A DNA stretch of 64,000 bases from Amphiscolops sp. MND2022 (Eukaryota). Each line of letters opens with the position of its first letter. Position 1 is the first letter of the stretch. The notes beneath the pieces are model-generated. The model was not told the DNA's origin. It made no database searches and was given only the letters and a program-made list of their open reading frames with translations. Positions 61,526 through 64,000 of this stretch are shown one piece after another. Location of the stretch: contig OZ076409.1 of NCBI GenBank assembly GCA_964187785.1, positions 84,260,001-84,324,000 of the forward strand, written 5' to 3'. A program made the translations under genes and the position numbers.

Positions 61526-63239
61526 CATGCTTTGATTCCTCAATTCAATTCGCATCATCCATCCATAATCGAAATTATTCATCATTAAACGGAATCTCGT
61601 TTCATGAACGTTTTCGTTTACAGATTCTTTACGCTCCGTGGTGAGCAGAAGAAGAAACTAGTGACTGAAGAAGTGTGCTTTTTTTCGAAAAGTGCCGACT
61701 AAATGGTCTTAAAAATCCTCAAAAGTCCTACTGAGACTTGAGTATTATCGCTAAATCACAATGTTTGTGACTTTTTCGTACTCTAATTAAATCAGTATGG
61801 ATTCTCAGACCAAAGTTGAACCTCTTTTTGGCCTAAGACACTCCTAGATTACATGAACGTATGCGCTATGTCTAGTCTAGTCAACAGCTTTCGGTAACAA
61901 AAACATTTTTTTGATCTTGTTATTTTTCAACCAAAATTGCTGAAGAAACTACGCAACAAGGTTTATATAAACAACACCATTTATATAATTCATAAAGGGC
62001 AGCAATTGGAGAATTGTTGGCTTTCTCTTCCAAACCTCATTTCTCCACGAATAATACCCGCAGCTCAAATCAGTTTTCTGCTCCTGGAAGCCGTTTACCT
62101 AAACTTTCAAGTGCACGCTAGTTAAGCTGGGGGTTGGCGCCACTTGTTGGGTGAGAGCTGCGCCGGGCCCTTCAAATTTCGGTTGAACTCATAACTGAAG
62201 CTTCATTGAAAAGGCTTCTATATGGGTTTCAATGGTGGCCTACTCTGTTCTTAGAGTGGGACAGTAACTTAGCAAACAGTTGCTCAGTTATTGAGAAAAG
62301 GCGAATTTTCTGAAATGTACTTTTTTTTCGCAATTTTTCACTATTTGCAGCTATTTTTTTGCCCGTGGCTCGGAAAAAACTATTTTGACATATAACAACT
62401 CCCCCAGTTTGTCCAGTAGATTGTCGATGAGAAATGCAATTTGTTTCGTTCTGTGTTTCGTAATTTTTATTGATTGCGAAAAAAATTGCCGCCCTCATTT
62501 GAGGACGAAATCATTGTCGAGGTTAAAATCAAGTGAAAAATTAGATCTGGTGATGCTCTCAATCTGAAAAAAAATGACAATAAGCTTTTGGCAATCAAAG
62601 AACAATTAATGATACACCTTTTAAAAAGCGAAAGTGATCTTTTGGAGAATTTTTATGGGGAAATTTCTCTTCAAGAGGGCAGTATTTTCGTGGAAAGAAA
62701 GCATTGAATTAATGTTTTTTAAAACGATATAAACGCTCTAGCGTAGCCAACAAGCCACGAATTCTGAAAACTAGCACTACTTGCTAAATAAAAGCATCAC
62801 GTTTCTCTATGCATGTTGCTATTTAGTTTGTTGGTGGATTCTGTGGAGTTTCATGATCAACGAAGCATTCATGATGTGAACTAAATTGCATAAAACGTTA
62901 AAAAAAGTCAAAAGAAGCTGGAAACGGCCCGAGTCGGAGCCTGCTCAAGGTTTAAAAAGAGAGTTTTTTCAAGAATGCAAAAGAACACAATTGTGAAACT
63001 TTTATCAAATTTTCAGTGCCAGAAAATATGCAAAGCATTACCAAAAAGACTCGACTACTTTTTGCAACTTTTTCGGAACACTATATTTGGAAAATTATCT
63101 CATAGTGCCGAAAAAGGTACTTTGAGTTCGGAAAACGTTTTTTTTTCAAGGCAAAATTTTGATGAAAATGAAGGGGTACCCTTTGACCAATAGAAACATT
63201 TTTCAAAAAAAAGTACAGTGCCGAAGCAAAATTACATTT

Positions 63240-63740
63240 TTTTAGTCGGCGCTTTTCTAGTGAAAAGTGCCCGACACTTACAGTGGCTAGTTTTTTTTCT
63301 TTTTTTTTTCTTTTTCGTCAGACTACAATCTCACTCTGATTGGGCCACTTTTCTTACAATCGAAACTACTAAAACTACTAGCATAAGGCCAAGTCCGGTC
63401 AGCGGAAATTAGTGCAAAAGGGTCCCCCTTTCATATTTTACTATTTTACCGTAGCCTACAACCGGACGAGACTAAAGGGTCCCCCCTTTCAATTTTCTTT
63501 CCGCATTGTGCGACTTTTTTTTCAAAAATTTTTCAATGTATCAAAAGAGTCCCCCTTTCGAGTTTTTTGATATTTTGCAACAGAATATATATTGATAAAG
63601 CCCAAAGGGTTCCCCCTTTTACATTTTTCGGCACTATGCGACATTTTCTGAAAGAAAGAATATTCAAAAATTTTAAAAAAAATTTTTTGCGCTTTTTGAG
63701 CCTTAGATATAGCGCCGACTTTAGACGTTCCCGTCTTGTT
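63240..63740 (+). mobile_element. DINE-1/HINE-like element
   Basis: ttttagtcggcgcttttctagtgaaaagtgcccgac ... tagcgccgactttagacgttcccgtcttgtt. Confidence 0.78.
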
Positions 63741-64000
63741 CACTGTTATAGAGAAAACTCTCATCAGCTCCACATGACCAAAAAATAATCAAAGAGATCA
63801 CCGTTAAGACCAAGTGGCCGAGAACAATCTCTAGTGGAAATTTATAGAAATTTATAAATGTGAACGTTACAAGGTGACAGACGAAAGAAACTTGCCATTG
63901 TAAGACTTTTACACTTATTACTAGCAAACAGCGTCAACTAAAAATGACACATCTGGATCATTTTGAGATTTTTTAGAACAACTTTGGCCTTTTCAAAAAG

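Noticed and set aside
62050..62200. GC-richer patch as a further host exon
   Set aside because: No splice-site pair gave a convincing stop-free, phase-compatible exon.

Overview
Eukaryotic (animal-type), AT-rich, transposon-dominated window; no prokaryotic genes, RNA genes or CRISPR arrays are supported. A minus-strand host gene encoding a low-complexity Ser/Gly/acidic protein can be assembled from six phase-consistent GT-AG exons between 50446 and 9008, plus tentative micro-exons; two of its introns are 18-20 kb and filled with LTR retrotransposons. There are three Ty3/Gypsy elements (17182-28942 old; 32858-48519 young with GTTCT TSD; 55967-61525 old with CATGC TSD), a non-autonomous BEL/Pao element nested in the first, a probable 2-kb solo LTR, DINE-1/Helentron-like non-autonomous repeats (one nested in another), Tc1, hAT and LINE relics, and several fold-back palindromes. 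The most striking object is the 15.7-kb Gypsy element. Its gag starts inside the LTR, it has no polypurine tract, and between pol and the 3' LTR it carries a divergent pair of extra genes. One of these is an antisense gene with five spliceosomal introns encoding a ~1270-aa BED-type zinc-finger protein that resembles a catalytically dead hAT transposase. All calls were made by eye; no database searches were run.
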